Source: Haliotis cracherodii (taxonomy: Eukaryota). Taken from it: a stretch of DNA of 64,000 bases. The notes beneath the pieces are model-generated. The model saw only the letters and a program-made list of their open reading frames with translations. It made no database searches and was not told where the DNA came from. Position 1 is the stretch's first letter, and each line of letters opens with the position of its first letter. The position numbers were made by a program, and so were the translations under genes. Positions 51,201 to 63,200 of this stretch are shown here, in pieces. The DNA is taken from positions 4,030,001-4,094,000 of the forward strand of contig NW_027266283.1 in assembly GCF_022045235.1 (NCBI RefSeq), written 5' to 3'.

Positions 51201-54200
51201 CATTCTCTTTTGAGGCAAAGCAATTAGCATGAAATATAATATTTGCATCTATCTACAAATATCCCAAGTCATATGTCGGTGCTATGTCTATCAAAGGTCA
51301 TATTTGCGGTTTTCTTGAAAAGTGTGGGAAGAAATGTGTAATTTTTGTTGCAACTTCAAAAGTTATTTTAATTACAACCAAGGTCGCTGTCAGTATCACA
51401 GTATTGGAGTCATGGCATGTGGATCCCTCATATGAACGCTACAATGTTTGTCTGAAAGCTACATGTCTGTATATTGATAAGGCCGACAAGTTTCATTTGA
51501 GTCATGTATTTATACATTCTTAAACAGGGAGTGGCGTAAGATTGACATTTCATATTCCTTAAAGCTAGGTATGTGTATGCAAACGTTGGGCCTTTTCGTT
51601 GTGTATTAATATTACCTTGCCTCCATATCAAAATGATGATCCGATTGGTTCACGTGATCTTGATAAAATGTTACGTATCCCTCCGGGGAAGGAAATACGA
51701 CCCTTAAAGCCCCGCACCTATAAATTCCTTGACATTAACGCATTCAGACAGCAGAGATATAAATGCTGTGATAAAAAAAAAAACATTCAAAAAAGGAAAT
51801 AAACTTCTTCTTTTTTAATTTGTGTGAAAGGGCCAGTGTCTGTATTTTGGCCCTTTTTTACCCTCAGGCATTTGCATGAGATTTACCATGTGAGATTGAT
51901 AAACTACTACTAAAAGTACAAACACATGCTATTGAAGTACTTTTAAATGATTTAGACTAATGACAACTTTGATGAAATAGTTGAAATATGATAAGGTTCC
52001 AAACTTTCAAAATCTCTCTCAGACAACCAGTCTCAGGCCCACATGGAAATGAGAGCTAAAAGGGCCAAAATCTAACGAAGTGACTTTGGCCCTTTTATAG
52101 AATTTTAAGTAGCAATATTTCAATAACGCATCAATAAAATTCATACAATTTTTCTTCTACAGGTAGACAAGAACTGATAGATGTTATTTATGCAATAATA
52201 TGCAAAAAAGGCCAAAGTGCATTTTTGGCCCCTTGTAGCTCTAAGCTCTTCATATATTCCACGTGATACTCTTACATGACCATGTTCTCCTTCAGACTGT
52301 AACCTCACGTGTGACAATGGCGGGATCCTGGACGGGAACCGGTGTGAGTGTTCTTGTATCAATAAGTACCGTGGGAAGACATGCAGCAAACCCCCATGCA
52401 CTACCCCATGTGTTGAAGGTCGCGTCAACCAAGACAACTGTGCCTGTGAATGTTTCCTGGGGTGGAGCGGCGCCAAGTGTGGTAAGTTAGAACAGCATTG
52501 TTCAAATCAGATTATTCGCAAACCCATTTATCTGGTCTGCCGGCACCGTGGAAGAATAGGTCTTCAGCAACCCATGCTTGCCATAAAAGGTGACTATGCT
52601 TATCGTAAGAGGCGACTAACGGGATCGGGTGGTCAGGCTCGCTGACTTGGTTGATGCATGTAATCATATCCCAATTGCGTGGATCGATGCTCAAGGTCTT
52701 CAATCACTGGATCGTCTGTTCCAGACGCGATTATATTAGCTGGAGTATTGCTAAGTGCGGCGTTAAACAACAGTCGGCACCGTTCATTTGTAGGCTATCT
52801 GGCTCTCAGGTTAGATAAACCCGTGAAGATCCGGGGTAGAATAGGTCTTCAGCAACCCATGCTTGCCGTATAAGGTGACTATGCTTCTCGTAAGAGGCGA
52901 CTAACGGGATCGGGTGGTCAGGCTCGCTGACTTGGTTGATGCATGTCATCATATCCCAATTGCGTGGATCGATGCTCATATTAATCACCGGATTTTCTGG
53001 TCCAGACTCGATTATTTACAGACCGCCGTCATATAGCTGGAATATTGCTGAGTGCGGCGTTAAACAACAAACCAGCCAACCAACTCAGATTAGATGGAAG
53101 CGTACCATCCCTACAATAGTGATGCAATGGGGAGATTGTTCTGCGCAAGTGGACACAGCAAACCATCTACAATTACTGTAAATCCTTAGGATCGCGATGT
53201 TTTCACACAGGTCCGCCTTTCGTTCGTTCGTCATGATTGACGACAATGGGGCGAATAACACATCGTTATTAGCTTAACCTCGTCTGTCAGCACTGAGTTC
53301 TTGCTCAGAGAAATTGCTTATTTTCTGGAGACATGACTGACAGATTAACAGTCAACCGCACGCAGCAATGAATCGTCTTCCTGGTGCTGCAAGGAAGGAA
53401 GGTCACTCCACACCGTAACCAATGACGCGTGACTAAGTGTTTTTTTTAACCTCCATCGTTGAAGAGTTTGTTCTAAGCTAAGATCGCGATCTTAAATCTA
53501 AGCCGTTTTACAATCGCGCTAAGATCTGTTTGTGCAAATGGAATTGGACAATTGTATGTTTGATTGTAGCTGATTTGCAGGCGCCTAAGATCGATTGTAA
53601 ATGAGATTGTTCTGTGCAAATGGGCCTTGGTCTGTAAGGATCTGAGACTCGTGTCTCCTTTGGATTCCATCCCCGTGAGGATTCGTACGAGGCGACTTGG
53701 TCGATTTGCGTATCGTCGTCACCCAACTGCGTGAATCGTTGATCATAATGGAAATCACTGGGTCGTTCAGTCAAAACTCGATGATATACAAGCTAAACTT
53801 GTTTAACGCCGCACTCGGCAATATTCCAGCTTCATGGAAATAATGCAGTCTGGACCAGACATCCAATCTCATTGCTGTGGGTGGGTAACCTGATGTTTTA
53901 AGCGTTTGCTCAACACGCCGAATACCCGGTTTCGATTCCCGACATGGGTACAATGTGTGAAGCCCATTTCTGGTGTCCTCTGCCGTGATATTGCTGGAAT
54001 ATTGCTAAAAGCGGCGTAAACACTCGCTCACTCCATATGGCTGTAGTACCGCGTTAAAGGAACCAAACTTGTCCAAGGGCACAACCGGACAGTGTGGGGC
54101 GTGTTTGCAGTAAATAGGTTTTCTGAAATGTCTGGCTTTGCGTGCCATTTCTCGTAGACTGAAAAGGTTTCTAATATTAAAGTATTTCAATGACAACTGA

Positions 54201-57200
54201 TTTTGAAAGTCATTTTGGGCCATTGATTGACATGTTTTGGAGATTACCGGACGGGATGTGTGTGGTTGGGCTTCAAATCTGATCTCTTTTGTGGAAGGTT
54301 TTGTCAGAATTCAGGTAGTTTCAAGGCGGTGAGCCTTGTGGTTAGATGGAAACATCTCGACCTATGCCCTGTAAACATATTTTATTTTTCATTTGTTTTT
54401 GCCTATTTTAGGTTAGTGTGGAACTCGTTTAATAGTGTATTCGTCGACCTTTCAGTCCAAACAATTCGAACCGAAGACCGTCTCCGTGGTCTAGTGGCAA
54501 TGCGTCTGCCCAGAGAGCGGAAGGTCTGGTGTACGCTGCCCAGCAGCGTCATAAAAGACGTTTAAAAAATGGTGGTTGTTACCCTGCCTCGCGCTTGGCA
54601 TTAAGGGGCAAAGACTGTCTGCTCGAAGTCCATTTACTGTCTGAGTTTGGTGTTCCAGTGAAACTGCAGCATGGTATCTCAGTGGGCCAGTACTATAAAA
54701 TCGGCTTCAGTCCACACCCCCACCTCCACACCCCCACCTCCATACCCCCACACCCCCACCTCCATACCCCCACACACCCACATCCCCATACCCCCACACC
54801 CCCACCTCCATACCCCCACACACCCACATCCCCATACCCCCACACCCCCACCTCCATACCCCCACACACCCACATCCCCATACCCCCACACACCCACATC
54901 CCCACACACCCACATCCCCACACACCCACATCCCCCACATCCCCACATCCCCACACACCCACATCCCCCACATCCCCACACCCCCACACCCCCACACACC
55001 CACATCCCCACACCCCCACACACCCACACACCCACATCCCCACACACCCACATCCCCACACACCCACATCCCCACACACCCACATCCCCACACACCCACA
55101 TCCCCACACACCCACATCCCCACATCCCCACACACCCACATCCCCACACACCCACATCCCCACACACCCACATCCCCACATCCACACCCACACACCCCCC
55201 CACACCCTAACCCACACCCTAACCCACACCCTAACCCACACCCTAACCCACAACCTAACCCACAACCTAACCCACACCCTAACCCACACCCTAACCCACA
55301 CCCTAACCCACACCCTAACCCACACCCTAACCCACAACCTAACCCACACCCTAACCCACAACCTAACCCACAACCTAACCCACAACCTAACCCACAACCT
55401 AACCCACCGCTATATAAGTGTATCAGTCTTGAACACGATGTTAAACCCTATTTTACCTCACCTCAGGTAGGTTGTCAGCATTTCCATAGAAACTGGATAA
55501 TTTAGGAATCGATGACAGTTTCAGATTAGTTATCCTTTCTGGAATTAGTATGTTCACCAGTAAGTCGTAGAAACAGTACAACTGCTGAATTATTCTTTGT
55601 AGACTGCAAACAGCTGTGCAACAACAACGGGACTCTGGATGTGGCCAATTGCAAGTGCGACTGCACGGGGGCATTCTACGGGAAGAGCTGCTGTAAGTGT
55701 CGCAAACGAATCATGTCATATTGTGCAATTTGAGCTCACGGTCCTATTGCTCCTGTTTGCGGTCATGGACCCGTGAAGATCTTCAAGTCTTCAGCAACCG
55801 ATGCTTGCCATCAATGGCGACAATGCTTGTAACAGGGGCGGTCGGTAAGCCTAGTGGTTAAAGCGTTAGCTCGTCAAGCCGAAGACCCGGGTTCGATTCC
55901 CGACATGGATCCAATGTGTGAAGCCTATTTCTGGTGTCCCCCGCCGTGATATTGCTGGAATATTGCTAAAAGCGGCGTAAATCCATACTCACTCACTATG
56001 CTTGTAACAGGCGACTAACGGGGTCGGATGGTCAGGCTCGCTGTCTTGGTTGATGCATGTCATCGTATGCCAACTGCATAGATCGATGCTCATGTCAATG
56101 ACTGGATTGCCTGGTCCAGACTCGATTATTTACAGACCGCCATCATATAGCTGGAATATTGCTGAGTGCGGTGTTAAACAATAAACCAACCAAATGTGGC
56201 GATGCAGCTCAACCTGTTCATAAACAAACATGCTTTTATGACTGCTGTTGATTGCCACTGCCCGAATTACAAACAGTATTACAGAATACAGCTTTAGGGA
56301 ATTGAGGGATATTAAGTGGCCCACTGGGAGTCGGCAAGCACTAGTACTCAATACCTGTCTTGCAGGCGACTGGTATGGTCATAAATGGCTTATGTAACTG
56401 GGATAAATGACCAACAGTGTGAGCAATTATCCACGCCATCTCCTGTCGGTTCTGGTCACCGAAAGGATACTGCGAACAGCTGCAGTGATGTGGACCACAG
56501 CGACAAACTTACTGATTCACATTTTTCTCTTTCAGCAAAATGTCGGCGGAAATGTGAATCCCCACAAGTCATCTCGCCAGCTTCATGTTCATGTCAAGGT
56601 ATGACTTTTCCTAACGTTGTCCAACATCGGTCGTTTCTGAAACATAGACCAGTGCTTAGTAAGCAGGGGTGGATAGGGGACTTCTTTGAGAGGCATTTTG
56701 AAGATGGAGTTTTTAGTAAGGATAAGAAATGTGGATGGACGACTTCTTTAATCCAATTAGAGCAACGTTTCGGTGTAGGTTCTAACACCATTATCAAGCA
56801 TGTTAATACAGAATATGATTGACAAGTATATATGCAGGTATGAAGCAATGATGAACCAGTTGAAAACGGACACTTATTTTGATTAATGTATTAAAGAATA
56901 TGACATTTAGTAAGTACCGAATTTAATGATATTTCAATTTTTGTCCTTTGTCTGACCTTGACACAATGGTCCATCGTCCTATAGTCTGTCAATTTCTCCC
57001 CTCAGAACCATCTTGCATAGCTTGCTGGACAGGGCTTTCGTTCAGATCATGTGAAGTCTTTTCATTTTGTCCTCGGACATGTTGCCGGTCCTCTGCTTCT
57101 TTACTCAGTCTTTCTCAGTCTGATCCATCTGTCATCCGGGCGCTCAAATTACTTAACAGATCCTACATAACGTCCTCTGTTTCCAGACTTGCCGCCCTGC

Positions 57201-60200
57201 ACTAAAACCTGTTCTGGTCCAACGGTCCTCTACAAGCGAACCTGCTCCTGTGTGCCGAACACTGGTATGTGATATGTCTGCTTGAGTTGTATCAGGACTT
57301 ATATCATTAATACCTCTGGCTTACCCCAAGAGTCGATAATATCGATCGTGTGCTGAGGCTCCGTGATCTGCCCGACTTAGTGTCACCGTGTGCTGATGAC
57401 GGGGATATGTACTCCAGCATGGTCGGGTCATAACAAAAAACGTTAAAAGATGGTATTTGTTTTTACCCTGCCTGTCGCTCGGCATATAGGGCTCAAACAA
57501 GGACTGGTCGGCTCGTAGTCAGTATACTGTGTCCGAGTAGTGTATTCATGTTAAACTGGGACGTGGTATCTCAGTGGGCTAGCACTATAAATCGGCATTA
57601 GTCTTGACTAGTACACGCAGCCACACACACGTGTGCATGCACGTTGCTATATAAGTGCAATAATCTTGGACGCGACGTTAAACCCCATTTCACCTCACAT
57701 CGCACACTGCCGAGTTCTGCGGTCGTCAGTAATTGGATGGACACTGTCATAAAGTGGAAACCCACCTCTCTCGTACGGCTTGTAAACATTCATATGCCTT
57801 TCCAATTATTCACATTTGTTTGCGTAATCCTAAATATGTGAACGTTTACTAAAACACCTTCGTGTCGTAATGGGCCTGCTGATGCAACACTTGTTTATTA
57901 CTTTCATACTAACGTTTAAGGTTGCATGGGTAACGCCTGTTCCGTAGATCCACAGTAACGGGACATACTTGTCGATGCCCATAAAACCCTTTCGGTGTGA
58001 CCTGGCAGTGCCTGTTCCCGACTGCATAGCGTGGCTCAAACTCCATTCAAAGGCAGCCGTGAAAAAGCTTCAATACTGCTCACTGTCATGTAAGACCCAG
58101 GGTAGAATAGGTCTTCAGCAACGAATGCTTTTCGTAAAAGGCGCCTATGCTTTTCGTAAAAGGCGCCTATGCTTGTCGTAAAAGGCGCCTATGCCTGTCG
58201 TAAAAGGCGCCTATGCCTGTCGTAAAAGGCGCCTATGCTTGTCGTAAATCACTGGATTGTCTGGTCCAGACTCGATTATTTACAGACCGCCGTCTTATAG
58301 CTAGAATATTCCTGAGTGGGCGTTAAACAACAAACCAACCAACGATACCCATTAAACGTTTTCGGTGTGACCTGGCAATGCCTGTTCCCGACTGCGTTGA
58401 TCAACAACTGCGTAGCCTGGCTCAAACTTTAGTTAAGGCAGCCGTGATAAAGCTTTAATACTGCTCACTGTCCTGTAAAACATTCACAACGTGTGTTGCC
58501 CTGTTCAGTGAACTGCGCCCAGTTTGACGGCGCCAAGTGTAAGAAGGTAGTCGACGGCAACTTCTGTGGAACACCTGCCTCTAATGCCGATTGTCCTCAA
58601 GGATGCGGACTCTGTGGTGAGTACAGACACTACACTAGCAGTAAACTATGCTTGTAGAAGGCAAATAAATCGCATGGTGGTCACGGCTTGGTTAATTGTG
58701 TGGTTGCGTACCCCGACGACGTGGGACGTTGTCCATTATATCAACTACTGGTTTGTCGAACTCGATTTACAGCCTGCTCTGACATCGTCCAATCATGGTA
58801 TCCTGGGATTATATTGTCACATCCCTTACACTGGTATCAACCCAATCCGGGTTAAAATAGGTCTTCATCTTCAGCAACCCTTGCTTGCTGTAAGAGTTCC
58901 GTCGTGTTCGATGGTCATTGCTTGCCAGGGGCCCAGGGAGCCCAGTCGCCGCGATTCGCTATGCAGAGTTGCGTCCCTTGGGTACGCCAGAAACCCATGA
59001 TTGTGGGTTCGAATCCCTGTTCGCCCCAATTGTTTCTAGGTTTGTCAGCACCATACCCGTGCTCGTAGGTTTCACCGAAGTGGTAAACGTCTGAGACCTG
59101 CATCACTTCGGGCTTTCCTCCCACATTAAGCAGACACGCCGCGTTATAACTGTAATACTGTTACAAGCGGCGTTAAACCCAACTCACTCACTCTCATGTT
59201 TCATGTGCATTGACTAGCCTTTGCATGTGTTTGTGATAGGTGCATGGTAGCAGAACACGTTCACCTGGTACCCCTACTATTTGATAGTACTTTATAAACA
59301 CATGCTTGTGATTATAGTCGGAGCTTACAATCAACTGTTTGTCAATTTATGATTTTGGAAAAGGTTTCGCCAATTTTTTTTGCGGACAGACGGTATAGTC
59401 CAAAACTCACTGTAGACAGTTGTCCCTTGTGTGACACCCGCACCCCCACCCCCACATCCTCGTCCCCACCACCACCCCCACGTCCTCGTCCCCACCCCCA
59501 CCCCCACGTCCTCGTCCCCACCCCCACCCCCACGTCCTCGTCCCCACCCCCACGTCCTCGTTCCCACCCCCACGTCCTCGTCCCCACCCCCACGTCCTCG
59601 TCCCCACCCCCACGTCCTCGTCCCCACCCCCACGTCCTCGTCCCCACCCCCACGTCCTCGTCCCCACCCCCACCTCCTCGTCCCCACCCCCACCTCCTCG
59701 TCCCCACCCTCACATCCTCGTCCCCATCCCCACCCCCACATCATCGCCCCCACCCCCACATCCTCGCCCCCACCCCCACCTCCTCCTCCTCGTCACCCTC
59801 AGCTGTATACAATCCGTGTGATTCCGAGTGACATTCATCCCGGTAACCATGCTTGTGAAACACAACTGAAATCTGATCTTGTTTGTTTGACATTGTGAAC
59901 AATTTGTGGTACTGTGTCACACAATCACTGGATTCTCAGGTTAATTACATGCCGTCGTCATTTAACTGGAATATTGTTGGCGGCGCTAACCACATTCCTG
60001 AACACTTGTCATTTGAGCGTTTGAGTAGAGAATAATCCATAATGTTTTTGTTCAGAGAATGACTTCACTCCGCCGCCAAAGGATGACAAACCCAAGGCAC
60101 ACATTGACGATGAGGAGGAAAATCCTTTCGGTAAGTAATACCAAGACATCCTTAAGACATTGCTCCGTCGTGTTCGATGGTCATTGCTTGCCGGGGGCCC

Positions 60201-63200
60201 AGGGGGCCCAGTCTAAGGTGCAGCGATTCGCTATGCAGAGTTGCGTCCCTTAGGTACGCCAGAAACCCATGATTGTGGGTTCGAATCCCTGTTCGCCCCG
60301 ATTGTTTCTAGGTTTGTCGGCCCCATACCCGTGCTCGTGGTTTTCATCGAAGTGGTAAACGTCTGAGACCTGCATGACTTCGGGCTTTCTTCCCACATTA
60401 AGCTGACACGCCGCGATATAACTGGAATACTGTTAAAAGCGGCGTTAAACCAAACTCACTCATTGCTTGTCATGCGGAGATACTTCCCCTTGGCTCAACC
60501 AGGAGCCCTACACCTGCGATTTCCACCAAATAGGTAAATGTCTGAATCGGCTTCACGTTACCTAAGGCGCTGCCATATAAACATTTCACAAAGTGATGGC
60601 AGCGTTGTGGGCGGTAGCAAGTCATGCAACCACTACAATACTGCTACGACCGACCCTGAAAATCCCAGTTAGAATAGGTCTTCAGAAACCCATGCTTCCC
60701 GTAAGAGGCGACTATGCTTGTAAGAGGCGACTTACGGGATCGGGCTCGCTGACTTGTATGATGCACGTCATCGTATTCCAAGTACGTAGATCATGAACAT
60801 CGGATTGTCTGGTGCAGACTCGATTATTTACAGACTGCCGTCATATGCATGCAGCTGGAATACTGTTGGGTGCAGCGTGAAACAAACAAACCACTATGGC
60901 CACTCTGTGAAACATCGCCGAGTTGTAACCAGGAAAGGATTTTTTCTTTAGGCGCCAATACTTGTCACCGTATCCCAACGGCGCGGATCGTTGCTAAAAA
61001 AAACCAAACACTGGATTGTCTGGTCCATACTCACTTTGTAGGCATCCGTCATGTAGCTTGAAAATGAAACATGAATACAATACTAAGTAAACCCATAACT
61101 TTATGTGTTGTTATTAGGGGTGACTATTGGTCTGGAAATCACTATTGCAATAACTATTGATAGATATTGCAAGCAACTATCGCGATAAATATCGATAGTT
61201 TTCAGTGTATCATTTTAGATGGATTTTAGAGTTAAATTAAACCTTGGAACTGAAGTGAATGTGATAACCATAGCAACAAATGAGTAAAGTTTGAGATATG
61301 ACTGTTTTTTCTTTACCCTAATAATTTAAGAAAAAGACACCTCCACATTATCATGTGTGAATTACTCTTACTCATGATCAAAAGAAAAACAAATTCGAAA
61401 AGCATTGCATGTATTTTATTGATATGGTAAATACAATTGAAACTTCCGATATTCCTAACTGAAATCGATACTACTGATCAGAAACTGATTTAACATTCGA
61501 TTTATTGACTTTAAGTGCTTACCAATAGCAATAGATCGATATTTCAATTTATCGTGACGCCCCTATCTGTTATCACTTGCAGCAAGTGGGTGTGGCAAGA
61601 AGCCGGATGTGGCCAATGCCAACTACACCCAGTACGGTGACGGGTCCGTGATGACTGTCCTCATCTTCGCTTGTCTCCCCGGCTTCACTAAGGCCGGGTC
61701 AGGCATCAGTCAGTGCCAGGAGGACGGCACCTGGTCGGAATTCGAGTTCACCTGTACAGGTAAGTGTAGTCATACCTCTACCAGAAGTGGGAATGGATGT
61801 CGCGCCAGAAACCTATGATTGTGGTTTCGAATCCCGGTTCGCCCCGATTGTTTCTAGGTTTGTCAGCACCAGACCCGTGCTCGTGGGTTTCACCGAAGTG
61901 GTAAACGTCTGAGACCTGCATCACTTCGGGCTTTCCTCCCACATTAAGCTGACACACCGTGATATAACTCCACTCACTGTGTGCAGGGTGACGACATATG
62001 TAATAGTAGCATAAGGGTCGTAGTTCCAGTTTTGCAATAGCATAAAACGCCATTGCCGCAGAATGTATAATATCATGTTTTCGTAACGCATCCTGTTCTA
62101 CTTTTAGCTCGTAATAAATCCCTTTGGTTTTTATGTGAAACGCCATTGATTTTGAAAACTGAATTTATTCGTTCTTTTCGTATTCGTAAAACCCTTCTCG
62201 CCTACAACGTCGGAAAATCTTTACTTTGTTATGCAGCAGCCAAGCCCAAGAGGAGTATTGGTGGATGTGGGCCCCCTCCTGACCTGAATGGAATGACTGT
62301 CTCCTACTACAACACCACCACGGAAGGGGCAACTGCGATGTACCAGTGCTTAAAGGGATACACCGGATCTGGGTTTGGTCTGTCAGAGTGCACGCGTTAC
62401 CAGCAGTGGACACGGCCCACACTCACATGCTCAGGTCAGGTCACTATAAAAAAATTTAACCCAGATCAGAATCATTAGTGCGTGATTATGGGCGAGTGAA
62501 TTAACGAACATAATTTGTTCCAGATTAAAAAGTAATCTGAGGGTTCAAACAATACTGTATGCCTGCTCCTTTTAGGGCAATGTTTTATGTCTTAGAAAAT
62601 ATTTTGTCCTTCACTTTCTTTTCAACAATTCTAAGGGTAGCTAAGAGCTGAGCCACTTGCACAAAACGATCATAGTGCTAAGACTATTGTAAGCCTATGT
62701 TAAAGTATGTGAGTTAAGATCGCTTTGTGCAAATTGGCCCTGTTGGCCACTGCCTGAAACAATTAACTCCACCCACAACTGATTTTCAGACTAATTCAAA
62801 CACGTTTCGAAGACAATCAGCAGTCAATATTTTGAGCCATAAATAGCAAATGGCGAATGTGACGCGATAATACTTTTGTGAAGGAATCTATACAAACAAT
62901 GGGTTTAAAGTCAACATTTCACTTCGAACAACTAAGTAATAATTTAAATTATTCGTTGTAGAAATGCATAGCTGTATGTCACATTCGTTTTTTGTACTTG
63001 CAGCACGATCGAGCTCTTGGATACAGATGGGGGAAGCGTTGCAATCACACAATCCCCAGTTCTACTCAATCGTGCATAATCTCTTCTGGGAGTCGTGTTC
63101 CCCAACCATGTCGGTGTCGGTGACCATGGGACCAGACAAGTTGTTGTTCTATCTCCACAACGTCGGATGGGACGGGTCTGACATCTGGGGACAGTCTGTT

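Noticed and set aside
3203-52481. CRISPR-like or prokaryotic repeat-spacer system
   Set aside because: The repeats are 186-bp spliceosomal exons separated by variable-length introns; no cas or prokaryotic features.
3596-52490. Recurrent alternative-frame (RSTRRTVPASV) and antisense (HSQAQFSWLT) ORFs as an overlapping gene
   Set aside because: Shadows of the conserved Cys-rich exons; they lack consistent splice sites and share boundaries with the real exons.
55201-55406. True interstitial telomere
   Set aside because: CCCTAA hexamers are never directly tandem; they sit in 12-mers inside a SINE.
54529-55470. 313-aa Pro/His/Thr ORF and antisense Val/Trp/Gly ORFs
   Set aside because: Translation of a SINE plus C/A minisatellite that is open in most frames; no splice context.
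4178-55997. tRNA-Asp genes at family A heads (GTC anticodon-like loop, A and B boxes)
   Set aside because: Acceptor stems do not pair, copies are variably mutated, and they continue into a shared SINE body and tail, one with a clear TSD.
59331-59898. Pro-rich and Gly-rich ORFs on both strands
   Set aside because: Products of the 20-bp minisatellite.
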